Below, one piece after another: positions 23,794-33,304 of a DNA stretch of 64,000 nucleotides (position 1 is the first letter of the stretch; the number at the start of each line of letters is the position of its first letter). The notes under the pieces are model-generated. The model saw nothing but the letters and a program-made list of their open reading frames with translations. It ran no database searches and had not been told where the DNA came from. Origin of the DNA: Candidatus Fervidifonticultor secundus (GTDB lineage Bacteria > Sysuimicrobiota > Sysuimicrobiia > Sysuimicrobiales > Humicultoraceae); assembly GCA_031459385.1 (NCBI GenBank), contig JAVKIP010000001.1:192001-256000 (forward strand), read 5' to 3'. Position numbers and translations under genes: made by a program.

Positions 23794-25372
23794 CCGCTCG
23801 TTCGACCGTCTGACGCGTCGCCGGTTCCTGGGCAGCGCCGCGGGGGTGGGTGCCGGCCTGCTGGTGGGCCGGACGCTGGCGCGCCCGGTGTGGGCCACGG
23901 CCGCGCCCGCCATCGGCGCGCCGCGCCGCGGCGGCCGCCTCACCTTCGGCAGCGCGGCCCTGCCGGCGTCGATCGAGCCCCACCTGGAGGGCGCCGACAT
24001 CTACCAGCGCCGCAAGTTCCTCTTCTACGAGACGCTGGTCTGGATCGACTTCGACCTGACGCCCAAGCCCATGCTGGCCGAGCGCTGGGAGGAGCGGTCG
24101 CCGACCGAGTACGTCTTCTACCTGCGCCGCGGCGTCCGGTTCCACACCGGCCGCGAGATGGACGCCGAGGACGTCAAGTTCAGCTACGAGCGGGTGATGG
24201 ATCCCCGCACCGGGTCGGGCGGGCGCGGCGACCTGATCATGATCAGGAGCGTCGATGTCGTCGACCGCTACACCGTGCGCTTCACGCTCCACGAGCCCGC
24301 GGCCACGTTTCTCATCAACCTGGGCGGCAAGTACAACGCGGTGATCCCCAGAGACGTCCTGCGCACCGGCCGCGAGCTGCAGGGCGCGGCGGTCGGGACC
24401 GGCCCCTTCCGCGTGGAGAGCTTCGAGCCCAATCGCCTGCTGGTGCTGCGGCGCTTCGAGGACTATTGGGACCGCGGCAAGCCCTACCTCGACGGGCTGA
24501 CGTTCCAGGCCATCCCCGACGAGTCGTCGCTCATCGCCGGGCTGCGTGCGGGCCAGCTGGACATGGTGCAGTTCGAGAGCGGCGTCAACTTCAAGCTGGT
24601 GCGCCACCTGCGCTCGCTGAACAACGTGCAGGCGCCCGGCATCCGCTGGGTGGTGCTGGACCTGGTCGGCGACCAGGAGCCGACCAGGAACCCCGACGTC
24701 CGGCGCGCCATCGCCCTCGGCATCGACCGGGAGGCCGTCCTGCGCATCGCCGGCGACGGCCTGGGCCGCCGCCTGGGTGTGCTGCCGCCGGCCATGGGCT
24801 TCTGGCACGTGCCGGTGGACAATCTGCCCAACCAGCGGCGGGACCCCGCGCGGGCGCGCGAGTTCCTGCAGCGTGCGGGGCTGCGGCCGCCGGTGCCGCT
24901 GGTGATCCGCAACATCGTCGGGTTCCCCTCCCTCATCGCGTCGGTCCAGGTCATCGCCGACAACCTGAAGGAGATCGGCTTCGACGTCCGCGTCGAGACC
25001 GTGGACATCGGCGTGTGGATCCGCGACTGGATCGCGCGGCAGAGTCCGCCCACCATGAACGAGTGGGGCGGTTTCGTCGACCCCGATCAGGCGTTCTACC
25101 GGCACTACCGCACGCCGCCCAAGGGCGTAGACTTCCGGCGCTGGAACAACCCGGAGGTGGATCGCCTGCTGGACGAGGGGCGGGCGACGCTGGACCGCAC
25201 CCGGCGCAAGCAGATCTACGACCGGGTGCAGATGCTGATGGCCGACGATCCCATCAGCGTGCCCCTCTACGCGCCCAACCTCCTCTACAGCATGCAGCAC
25301 AAGGTGAAGGGCTTCCGGCCGCACCCGACGGGTTTCATGTACGGGCTGCGGGAGGTGTGGATCGAGGGATAG
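23780..25372 (+). CDS. ABC solute-binding protein family 5 with Tat signal
   Basis: LTRRRFL twin-Arg signal, LRRGVRFH, GTGPF, VRRAIALGIDR. Confidence 0.95.
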   Translation: MRTDDRSFDRLTRRRFLGSAAGVGAGLLVGRTLARPVWATAAPAIGAPRRGGRLTFGSAALPASIEPHLEGADIYQRRKFLFYETLVWIDFDLTPKPMLAERWEERSPTEYVFYLRRGVRFHTGREMDAEDVKFSYERVMDPRTGSGGRGDLIMIRSVDVVDRYTVRFTLHEPAATFLINLGGKYNAVIPRDVLRTGRELQGAAVGTGPFRVESFEPNRLLVLRRFEDYWDRGKPYLDGLTFQAIPDESSLIAGLRAGQLDMVQFESGVNFKLVRHLRSLNNVQAPGIRWVVLDLVGDQEPTRNPDVRRAIALGIDREAVLRIAGDGLGRRLGVLPPAMGFWHVPVDNLPNQRRDPARAREFLQRAGLRPPVPLVIRNIVGFPSLIASVQVIADNLKEIGFDVRVETVDIGVWIRDWIARQSPPTMNEWGGFVDPDQAFYRHYRTPPKGVDFRRWNNPEVDRLLDEGRATLDRTRRKQIYDRVQMLMADDPISVPLYAPNLLYSMQHKVKGFRPHPTGFMYGLREVWIEG

Positions 25373-25465
25373 AGGCCCGGCCGCCGGGGAGGCACGCGAG
25401 ACGGCGAGCGGCTCTGACCGGCGGGGCCGCTGGCGCCGCCGGCGTGGTCTTCCCACTGAGGGCGC

Positions 25466-26416
25466 ATGCGCGCGTACATCGTCCGGCGCCTGCTGGCTAT
25501 GCTGGCTACCCTGCTCGGGGTCAGCGTCATCGTTTTCGGCCTCATGCGCCTGATCCCGGGCACGGTGGTCGAGCAGTTGCTGGGGCAAAGTGCGCTGGTC
25601 GGCGAGGAAACGATCCGTAGCCTGCGGCAGTTCTTCGGGCTGGACCGGCCGTGGTACGTGCAGTACGTGGAATGGATCGGCGGCGTCGCCCGCGGCGACC
25701 TGGGCATGTCCTGGCGCAGTCACCGGCCGGTGGGGCAGCTGATCGTCGCGCGGCTCCCCGTCTCGGCCGAGCTGGCCGTCCTGGCGGTGGCCTGGTCGCT
25801 CCTCCTGGGCGTCCCCCTCGGCGCCGTGGCCGCGGTGCGCCGGGGCCGGCCCTCCGACAGCGCCGTGCGGTTCGCCTCCACCCTGGGCCTGTCGGTGCCG
25901 GCGTTCTGGCAGGGCACGCTGCTGATCCTGCTGTTCTCGGTCTACCTGCAGTGGATGCCGTCGCTGCAGTGGGTCTCGCTGCTGCGGGATCCGCTGGGGA
26001 ACCTGGGGATCATCGCGCTGCCGGCGCTGACGCTGGGCACCGCCACGGCCGCCATGATCAGCCGCATGACGCGGTCGGCGATGCTGGACGTGCTGGGGCG
26101 CGACTACATCCGCACCGCGCGGGCCAAGGGCGTGGCCGAGCCGCGGGTCGTCACCGTGCACGCCCTGCGCAACGCGCTGATCCCGGTGGTGACGGTCGCC
26201 GGCGTACAGATGGGCTACATCCTCGGCGGGATCGTGGTGGTGGAGGATGTCTTCAACCTGCCGGGGGTGGGCCGGCTGCTGCTGGACGCCATCTTCCAGC
26301 GCGACTACCCCGTGGTGCAGGGGACGATCCTGGTGGGCGCCGCGCTGTTCATGGGGTTGAACTTCCTGGTGGACCTCCTCTACGCGGTGATCGATCCGCG
26401 GATCACCTACGCGTGA
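25466..26416 (+). CDS. Peptide/nickel ABC transporter permease (DppB-like)
   Basis: GLDRP..QY, DYIRTARAKG, HALRNAL. Confidence 0.95.
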   Translation: MRAYIVRRLLAMLATLLGVSVIVFGLMRLIPGTVVEQLLGQSALVGEETIRSLRQFFGLDRPWYVQYVEWIGGVARGDLGMSWRSHRPVGQLIVARLPVSAELAVLAVAWSLLLGVPLGAVAAVRRGRPSDSAVRFASTLGLSVPAFWQGTLLILLFSVYLQWMPSLQWVSLLRDPLGNLGIIALPALTLGTATAAMISRMTRSAMLDVLGRDYIRTARAKGVAEPRVVTVHALRNALIPVVTVAGVQMGYILGGIVVVEDVFNLPGVGRLLLDAIFQRDYPVVQGTILVGAALFMGLNFLVDLLYAVIDPRITYA

Positions 26417-27378
26417 TGGACCCCGCCGCCAGGACGCCCCCATCGGCTGCGGCCGCGCCACCGTCCGCCCGGCCGCCCGGCGCCGCGACACCTCCTGGTG
26501 CCGCGGCCCGCCCGCGCCCCGCCGGCGCGGCCCGCGCCCTGCCCGCCGCCCGGGTGTGGGGCCGGCGCCTGCGCCGCAACCCGCTGTTCGCCGCGGGGGT
26601 GGCCATCATGGCCGTCTTCGTGCTGGCGGGGCTGGCCGCCCCCCGGCTGGCGCCCTACGATCCCATCGCCGTCGACGCCCAGGGAATGTTCCAGCCCCCG
26701 TCCGGCCCCCACCTGTTCGGCACCGACCGTTTCGGCCGGGACCTGTTCAGCCGGGTGCTCTACGGCATCCGCGTCTCGCTGGGGATCGCGGCGCTGGCGA
26801 TCGGCGCGGCGGCCGTCGCCGGCGGCGCGCCCGGCCTGGTCGCCGGCTACTTCGAGCACGGCGTGGACCAGGTGCTGGCCCGCGTGATGGACGTCTTCTT
26901 CGCCTTTCCCTCGGTGCTGCTGGCGCTGGGGATCTCGGCGGTCCTCGGGGCCGGGGTCACCACCGTGGTCATTGCCATCGCCGTGGTGTATGCGCCGCTG
27001 TTCTTCCGCGTCATGCGCGGCAGCGTGCTGGCCGAGAAGCACCTGGCGTACGTCGAGGCGGCTGCGGCGGCCGGTGCCGGACCCTGGGCGATCATGATGC
27101 GGCACATCCTGCGCAACTGCGCGTCGCCCATGATCGTGCAGATCGCCGTGTCGCTGTCCTACGCGATTCTCATCGAGTCGGCGCTGTCGTACCTGGGAGT
27201 GGGCGTGCAACCGCCGACCCCCTCGTGGGGCACGATCCTCAACGAGGGCAAGGAGTTCCTGCCGATCGCGCCGTGGATCTCGCTGTTCCCCGGCCTGTTC
27301 ATCATGCTGTCGGTGCTGTCGTTGAACTTCATCAGCGACGGGCTGCGGGACTACCTGGACCCGCGCCTGCGGGGCTGA
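26416..27378 (+). CDS. Peptide/nickel ABC transporter permease (DppC-like)
   Basis: FGTDRFGRD, YVEAA, SYLGVGVQPPTPSWG; TGATG overlap with upstream gene. Confidence 0.95.
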   Translation: MDPAARTPPSAAAAPPSARPPGAATPPGAAARPRPAGAARALPAARVWGRRLRRNPLFAAGVAIMAVFVLAGLAAPRLAPYDPIAVDAQGMFQPPSGPHLFGTDRFGRDLFSRVLYGIRVSLGIAALAIGAAAVAGGAPGLVAGYFEHGVDQVLARVMDVFFAFPSVLLALGISAVLGAGVTTVVIAIAVVYAPLFFRVMRGSVLAEKHLAYVEAAAAAGAGPWAIMMRHILRNCASPMIVQIAVSLSYAILIESALSYLGVGVQPPTPSWGTILNEGKEFLPIAPWISLFPGLFIMLSVLSLNFISDGLRDYLDPRLRG

Positions 27379-28335
27379 TGGGCGCGGTGCGGGCGCCGAT
27401 CCGGACCGGCCTCGTCGGCGCCTGCAACTTCGGCCGGCTGCACGCCGCGGTCCTGGCCGATGCGCCCGACGTCGCGCTGGTCGCCGTCTGCGATCCTGAT
27501 TCGGTAGCGCACCGGCAGGCGCTGGAGGCGGCGGCCGCCGCGCGGGCGGCCGCCGTCCGGTCCGGCGCCGCCGCCGGGCCAGACGCCGCGCTGCGCGAGT
27601 TCGACAGCTTCGAGGCTCTCGTGGCGCAGGCCGAGCTCGACGCGGTGGTGCTGGCCACACCCGAGGAGCTGCACGCCGTCCAGGCGATTGCGGCGGTGGA
27701 GCGGGGCTGGGACGTCCTGGTCGAGAAACCCCTGGCGCTGGGCCGGGTGCGACACGTGCGGAGCGCGCGGTACGTGAGCGCCTCCTGGTTCGCACGTACC
27801 ACGGTGGCACCCCGCCCTGCGCGCCGCCGTGCACGACATCGACCTGGTGCTGTGGCTGACGGCCCGTCGGGTGCGGGCCGCGGCCGCGGTGAGCCACGCG
27901 CTGCCCGGCGAGCGCCGCCCGCGCTCGGTGGCCGCGCTGCTGTGGATGGACGGCGGCGCCAGCGCCGGCGTGGAGGCGCACTTCCTCTTGCCTGCCTCGT
28001 ATCCCGTCACCACCCTGCCGCCCGAGCGCGCCGGCGCGCGCAGCGGCCTGGTCGAGGTGGTTGGAGATGCGGGACTGGCCCGTCTGGACGACAGCGCCGA
28101 GGTGCAGCTGTGGAGCGAGGCCGGGGCGCACGCCCCGGACCTCCATCTGGCCCCCCGCGTGGCCGGCCGGCTGGCCGGCGCGCTCCGGGCCGAGGTCGAA
28201 CACTTCGCGGCGTGTGTCGCGACGCGCGCCCCTTCCAGGGCTGCGCCTCTCGACGACGCCGTGCACGCCGTGGCCGTGGCGGAGGCGGTCGCCCGCGCGG
28301 CCGAGAGCGGTGAGATCGTACCTGTGAGGAGCTGA
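27378..28335 (+). pseudogene. Gfo/Idh/MocA oxidoreductase pseudogene (frameshift plus internal deletion)
   Basis: N-part GLVGACNFG, DAVVLATP..H, VEKPLA; C-part VHDIDL in another frame; removing one G at about 27807 restores TTVHPALRAAVHDID. Confidence 0.8.
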
Positions 28336-28339
28336 GCGC

Positions 28340-28861
28340 ATGAGGACCCCGTCCGCACCCCTGCCGGCCATGACCCCGCCCGATCGTATCGGCGGCCTGA
28401 CCGAAGACGAGCGCAACGCGTTCCTGGCGCAGCCCTGGAACGGGCGTCTGGCCACCATCACGCCGCAGCAGACGCCGTACGTGGTGCCGGTGTGGTACGA
28501 ATACGACCCGGCCGCGCGGGTCTTCTACATCGTGGCCCGCGAGCGGTCTGCGTACGTGGAGCACATCCGGGCGAATCCGGCGGTGGCGTTCCATATCGCT
28601 GACGACATCCACCTGGAGCACACCCGGGTGCTGGTCGAGGGGATCGCCGAGATCCTGGAAGGGCCCATCCCGCCGGCGCAGAGCCCACGGCTGCACGCGC
28701 TGGCCGTGGCGCTCTCGCGCAAGTACATGGGGGAACGCGGCCCGGAGTACGCCGGGCGGACGATGCACCGGCCACGCTACCTGATCCGCATCACGCCGCA
28801 GCGGTGGCACAGTTGGACCGGTCGCGAATGGGCCCGGAAGTACCGCGAGCCGGCGCGCTGA
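28340..28861 (+). CDS. Pyridoxamine 5'-phosphate oxidase-like split-barrel flavin-binding protein
   Basis: GRLATI..PYVVPVWY, IRANPAVAF, VLVEGIAE, IRITP..SW. Confidence 0.85.
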   Translation: MRTPSAPLPAMTPPDRIGGLTEDERNAFLAQPWNGRLATITPQQTPYVVPVWYEYDPAARVFYIVARERSAYVEHIRANPAVAFHIADDIHLEHTRVLVEGIAEILEGPIPPAQSPRLHALAVALSRKYMGERGPEYAGRTMHRPRYLIRITPQRWHSWTGREWARKYREPAR

Positions 28862-28865
28862 GACG

Positions 28866-30101
28866 ATGAGTACTGCCGCACAGGTCGAGGGCCGCCTCGA
28901 CCCCGACGAGGTCGTGCGTCTGGCCCGGCGGCTGGTGGCGACGCCCAGCCACGCGGCGGAGCACGGCTGGGAGACCGGCGTCGCCGCCGTGCTCGAGGAG
29001 ATCCTGGGAGCCGCAGGCGTCCAGATCCGCCGCCAGCCCGTTGCAGCCGGCCGCGACAACCTCCTGGCGGTGCTGCCCGGGGTCCGCGAGGGACCACCGC
29101 TGCTGGTCCTGAACGGTCACATGGACACCGTGCCTCCGCCGGTCGACGCTGCCAGGGCTCCGTTTGCCGCCGAAGTCGCCGGCGGGCGCCTCTGGGGCCG
29201 CGGAGCCGCAGACATGAAGGGCGGACTGGCCGCGCTGGCGAGCGCGCTGCTGGCGCTGCGGCGGGCCGACGTGCGGCCGCCCCGCCCCATCGTGCTGGCC
29301 GCGGTCGTGGCCGAAGAGAGCGGCAACCTGGGGACCGCGGCGATGGTGCGCCACCCGGAGGTGTGGTCGCCCGCAGGCGCCGCAGCGGCGGCGGGGACGC
29401 CTGCCCCGGCGTCGTACGCACTCGTCGCCGAGCCCACAGGGCTAGATGTCGTCACCGCCCACAAGGGTGTCGACCGCTACCGGATCACGGTCTTCGGGCG
29501 TGCCGCGCACAGCAGCATGCCCGAACGGGGCCGGAACGCCATCGTAGGGGCGGCCCGCCTGATCATGGCCATCGAGGAACAGGTCGCGGCACAAGAGAGC
29601 CCACCGCACCCTTTGCTCGGCCTTCCGTCCTATACGATCGGCACGATCCAGGGCGGCGTCAGCCGCAACGTGGTGCCCGAGCGCTGTACCTTCCAGGTGG
29701 AGAAGCGCTACCTGCCGGGCGACGCGCCGTCGCGCATCCGACGCGCGCTGGAGCGGCTGGCGACGGAGGTGCTCGGGCCGGGCGGTGCGGCCGTCGAGCG
29801 CGAGCCGGAGTTCGAGTCCATTCCGCACCCGCCGCTGGAGGTGGCCCCTGACCATCCGCTGGTGCGCGCGACCAGCGCGGCGGTCGCGGAGGTGCGCGGT
29901 CGCGCGCCGGCGCTGGCGGGACTCCCCGGCTTTACCGACGCGGCGCTGCTGCAGGCCGCCGGCATCCCGGCCGTCGTCTGCGGCCCCGGTGACCTCGCCG
30001 CGGCCCACACCGACGACGAGTCGGTGCCCACAGACGACCTCTGGGCGGCGGCGCGCATCTACGTGCGGCTGGCCCTGAACCTGATCGCGGCCTCGAGCTG
30101 A
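28866..30101 (+). CDS. M20 family metallopeptidase/deacylase (ArgE/DapE-like)
   Basis: NGHMDTV, GRGAADMKGG, AEE, AEPT, GRAAHSS, AHTDDE. Confidence 0.9.
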   Translation: MSTAAQVEGRLDPDEVVRLARRLVATPSHAAEHGWETGVAAVLEEILGAAGVQIRRQPVAAGRDNLLAVLPGVREGPPLLVLNGHMDTVPPPVDAARAPFAAEVAGGRLWGRGAADMKGGLAALASALLALRRADVRPPRPIVLAAVVAEESGNLGTAAMVRHPEVWSPAGAAAAAGTPAPASYALVAEPTGLDVVTAHKGVDRYRITVFGRAAHSSMPERGRNAIVGAARLIMAIEEQVAAQESPPHPLLGLPSYTIGTIQGGVSRNVVPERCTFQVEKRYLPGDAPSRIRRALERLATEVLGPGGAAVEREPEFESIPHPPLEVAPDHPLVRATSAAVAEVRGRAPALAGLPGFTDAALLQAAGIPAVVCGPGDLAAAHTDDESVPTDDLWAAARIYVRLALNLIAASS

Positions 30102-30166
30102 GGCGGCCGGACACGGCGCGCGCGTCGGCGGCTGTCGGCGGATCCTGGCGCGCGTCCTGCCGCAGC

Positions 30167-31147
30167 TTACAGCCGCAGGTTCCCGTCCTCCAGCAGCACT
30201 GCCCCGTCCAGCGCCAGCGTCGGGCGGTACATCATGCCGTCGAAGTGGGCCGCCGCCCTGGTCGTGCCCCCGAGGTTGGCGCTGGTCCCGATGCCGATGT
30301 GGACCGTGCCGAAGGCGCCGTGGTCCTGCGCCCAGACACCGGTGAGGATGCGGATAGCGGGGTTCAGGCCGATGGCCAGCTGCGCGATGTTGTAGACGGC
30401 AGCATCGGCCAGGCTGGCCCACACGTGCCGGATCAGCCGCGCCTCGTGGCCGCCCCGGACGTCGACGATCGTCCCGCGTTCGACCGTGCAGACGACCGGG
30501 TCGCGCAGCAGCGCCGTCTTCAGGCGCAGGTTGGGGATGCTGCCGTCGAAGACCAGGACACCCTGCGCGGTGCCGTCCACCGGCGCGATGTTGGCCTCGA
30601 TGTTGGGGAAGGCCGAGAACTTTCCCGGACGGTCCAGGATGCAGTCGTGGGCGTTCCCCGCGCGGCCCCGCAGGTCGAAGGTGCAGTCTGTTCCCGCGGG
30701 CGTCGTGAGGTGGGCCGTGGCGGCCCGCGTCAGGCGCGCCGCGACTTCCCGGACCGTCGGCGCCGCCGCCTCGAAGTCGGCCTCGGCGCCGCCGCGGACC
30801 AGTTGCTCGGGGGTTACGGCGGGCAGCGACAGCACCCGCGCGCCGTGCTCGAGGGCCAGGCGCACTGCGGTCGAGTGGCTGATGGAGTACGAGACCGGCA
30901 GCAGCGCCACGTCCGCCGCGCGCAGCGCCGCGGCCACGATCGCCGGCGGCTCGTCGCCGTCCACCGCCCGCGGCGTCATCACCGTCGTGACCACCTCTGG
31001 CGTGATCTCCAGCGCCGCCGCGGCCAAGACCTCGGCTATTGCGGTGGTGTCGGTGTCGGCCACGATGGCGACCTTCTCCCCTTCGCGCACCCGCGCCAGG
31101 GTGCGGACCACTTTGCGCGCGCCCTGCATCATACCCGCCAGGTGCAC
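30167..31147 (-). CDS. Aminopeptidase T (M29)/NicX-like fold protein
   Basis: GDEPP, TPAGTD, EANIAP, IGLNP, GTVHIGIG, AHFD; GGAGGG RBS. Confidence 0.75.
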   Translation of the reverse strand: MHLAGMMQGARKVVRTLARVREGEKVAIVADTDTTAIAEVLAAAALEITPEVVTTVMTPRAVDGDEPPAIVAAALRAADVALLPVSYSISHSTAVRLALEHGARVLSLPAVTPEQLVRGGAEADFEAAAPTVREVAARLTRAATAHLTTPAGTDCTFDLRGRAGNAHDCILDRPGKFSAFPNIEANIAPVDGTAQGVLVFDGSIPNLRLKTALLRDPVVCTVERGTIVDVRGGHEARLIRHVWASLADAAVYNIAQLAIGLNPAIRILTGVWAQDHGAFGTVHIGIGTSANLGGTTRAAAHFDGMMYRPTLALDGAVLLEDGNLRL

Positions 31148-31184
31148 CTGCGTCCCTCCGTCCGTCGGAATCCGGCCGTCCGCC

Positions 31185-32669
31185 TCAGACGCCCACCCGC
31201 ACGCGCCGCCGGCCCAGGGCCGGGGAGAGCAGCAGCGCCGCCGTGGCCGCCAGGAACGCCGCCGCCAGCGGGCGCGTGACGAAGATCAACAGGCTGCCGT
31301 GGGCCAGCAGCAGCGATTGGCGCATCGACTCTTCCAGCGTGCGGCCCAGCACCAGCGCCAGGACCAGCGGCGCGGCGGGGTAGTCGAAGCGCCGCATGCC
31401 GGCCCCGATCGCCGCGAACGCCAGGGCCAGCCACACCTCGAAGACGTGGTTCTCCAGGCTGTAGACGCCCACCACCGCGATGGCGACGACCGCCGGCAGC
31501 AGCACGGCCCGTGGCACGCGCAGCACCGCCACGAAGGCCGGAATCGCCAGCACGTTCAACAGCACCAGCAGCAGGTTGCTGACGTACATGCTGGCGATGA
31601 CGCCCCAGACGAACTGCGGGTGCTGCTCGAAGAGCAGCGGCCCGGGCCGCAGCCCGAAGACCAGCAGCCCGCCCAGCATGATCGCGGTGGTCGCCGAGCC
31701 CGGCACGCCCAGGGTGAGCAGCGGCACCAGTGCGCCCACCGCCGCTGCGTTGTTGGCGCTCTCGGGCGCGGCCACGCCCTCGATGGCGCCCCGCCCGAAC
31801 CGCGCGGGGGCTTGGGCGACACGCTTCTCCGCGGCGTAGGCGATCATGGACGCCGCGGTGGCACCAGCACCGGGCAGGATGCCGACGAAGAAACCGATGA
31901 GTCCTCCACGGAGGATCGCCCACCGGCTGGCGACCCAGTCGGCGGCGGTGGGGAGCACGCTGCGCAGGCGCAGGTCGGCGTGTACGGGCCTCCCGGTGCG
32001 GCCCTCGTGCACCGCGGTCAGCACCTCGGCCAGGCCGAACAGGCCCACGGCCACCGGCACGAAGGGCACACCGCTCAGCAGCTTGAGGTGGCCGAAGGTG
32101 AAGCGCGGCTGCCCGCTGATCAAATCCACGCCCACGGTGGCCAGCCACAGGCCCGCCAGCGTGGAGACCGCGCCCTTCCAGCGCTGCTTTTCGCCCAGGT
32201 AGACGACCAGGCTGAGCGCGAGCACGAGCAGCGTGGCGTACTCGGGCGGTCCGAACGCCAGCGCGATGCGCGCCAGGCCGGGTGCCAGCAGCATCAGCGC
32301 CACGACGCCGAGCGTGCCGGCGATGAACGAGCCGAAGGCCGCGATGCCGAGCGCCGCCCCGCCGCGCCCCTGCTGCGCCATCTGGTAGCCGTCGAGGGTG
32401 GTGATGACCGAGGCCGACTCGCCCGGCAGGTTGAGCAGCACCGACGTGATGGTGCCGCCGTACATGGCGCCGTAGTAGACGCCGACGAACATGATCATCG
32501 CGGCGGTGGCGTTCAGGCCAAACGTCACCGGCAGGAGGATCGCGATGGTCGAGGCGGGGCCGATGCCCGGCAGGACGCCGATGAGCTGTCCGACGAGCAC
32601 GCCGGCGATCGCGGCGGCCAGGTTGACGGGCTGGAGGGCGACGGCAAAGCCGTCGAGGAGCGGCCCCAC
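31185..32669 (-). CDS. tctA: Tripartite tricarboxylate transporter large permease
   Basis: GVLPGIGP, YYGAMYGG, LDGYQMA, APESANNA, LTLGVPGS. Confidence 0.95.
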   Translation of the reverse strand: MGPLLDGFAVALQPVNLAAAIAGVLVGQLIGVLPGIGPASTIAILLPVTFGLNATAAMIMFVGVYYGAMYGGTITSVLLNLPGESASVITTLDGYQMAQQGRGGAALGIAAFGSFIAGTLGVVALMLLAPGLARIALAFGPPEYATLLVLALSLVVYLGEKQRWKGAVSTLAGLWLATVGVDLISGQPRFTFGHLKLLSGVPFVPVAVGLFGLAEVLTAVHEGRTGRPVHADLRLRSVLPTAADWVASRWAILRGGLIGFFVGILPGAGATAASMIAYAAEKRVAQAPARFGRGAIEGVAAPESANNAAAVGALVPLLTLGVPGSATTAIMLGGLLVFGLRPGPLLFEQHPQFVWGVIASMYVSNLLLVLLNVLAIPAFVAVLRVPRAVLLPAVVAIAVVGVYSLENHVFEVWLALAFAAIGAGMRRFDYPAAPLVLALVLGRTLEESMRQSLLLAHGSLLIFVTRPLAAAFLAATAALLLSPALGRRRVRVGV

Positions 32670-32672
32670 AGC

Positions 32673-33224
32673 TCAGAAGCCCCAGGGCCCCCGGGGCAGC
32701 GGGACCTGCAGCCAGCGGCCGAAGAGCAGGACCAGGCCCGCGGTCAGTCCGACCGCGGCCAGCAGGGCGGTCCGCCAGGCCCCGCCCAGCAGCCGGACCG
32801 ACGCCACGACCAGCAGCACCAGCGCCGAGGCCATGCCGATCCGCTCTACGAGCGCCACGGTGACGACCGTCACCGTCGCCAGTCCCACCGCGGTCAGCCG
32901 TCCGGGAGCGGCCACGGCTGCCTCCGGCGATCCTGGCGAGGCCGGCACCGCCGCGTCCCGCGCGGACGTCCCCGTACCCGGATCGTGCGTTCCCGTATCC
33001 GTGCCGCGCGTCCCGGCGCCCGACGCGGGGGGTGCCCCGCGCGGTGCCCGCCATGTGCCCACCAGCACGCCCGCCGCAGCCACGGCCAGGGCGATCCCCA
33101 GCCACAGCGGCACGAAGCCTGGCCCGGGAATGCGTCCCTGCCAGTACGCCATCCCGCGGGCCAACTCGACGACGTAGACGGCGAACAGCAGCACCGCGGC
33201 GGCGACCGCGCGGTCCCACCGCAT
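32673..33224 (-). CDS. tctB: Tripartite tricarboxylate transporter small permease
   Basis: PGPGFVP motif, C-terminal LQVPLPRGPWGF, lies between tctC and tctA; alternative in-frame start at 33254. Confidence 0.85.
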   Translation of the reverse strand: MRWDRAVAAAVLLFAVYVVELARGMAYWQGRIPGPGFVPLWLGIALAVAAAGVLVGTWRAPRGAPPASGAGTRGTDTGTHDPGTGTSARDAAVPASPGSPEAAVAAPGRLTAVGLATVTVVTVALVERIGMASALVLLVVASVRLLGGAWRTALLAAVGLTAGLVLLFGRWLQVPLPRGPWGF

Positions 33225-33267
33225 CTGCGCCTCCTCGGCCCGGTCCCACCGCATCTGCGCCTCCCCG
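33208..33267. repeat. 30-bp tandem duplication (28/30 identical) of the tctB RBS and start
   Basis: cggtcccaccgcatctgcgcctcc at 33211 and 33241. Confidence 0.95.
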
Positions 33268-33304
33268 GCGCTCGCCCACGGCTCGATCGTCCCGAGGGTC
33301 GGGC

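Noticed and set aside
33208..33267. Direct repeat as a possible CRISPR array
   Set aside because: Only two adjacent units, no spacers and no cas genes
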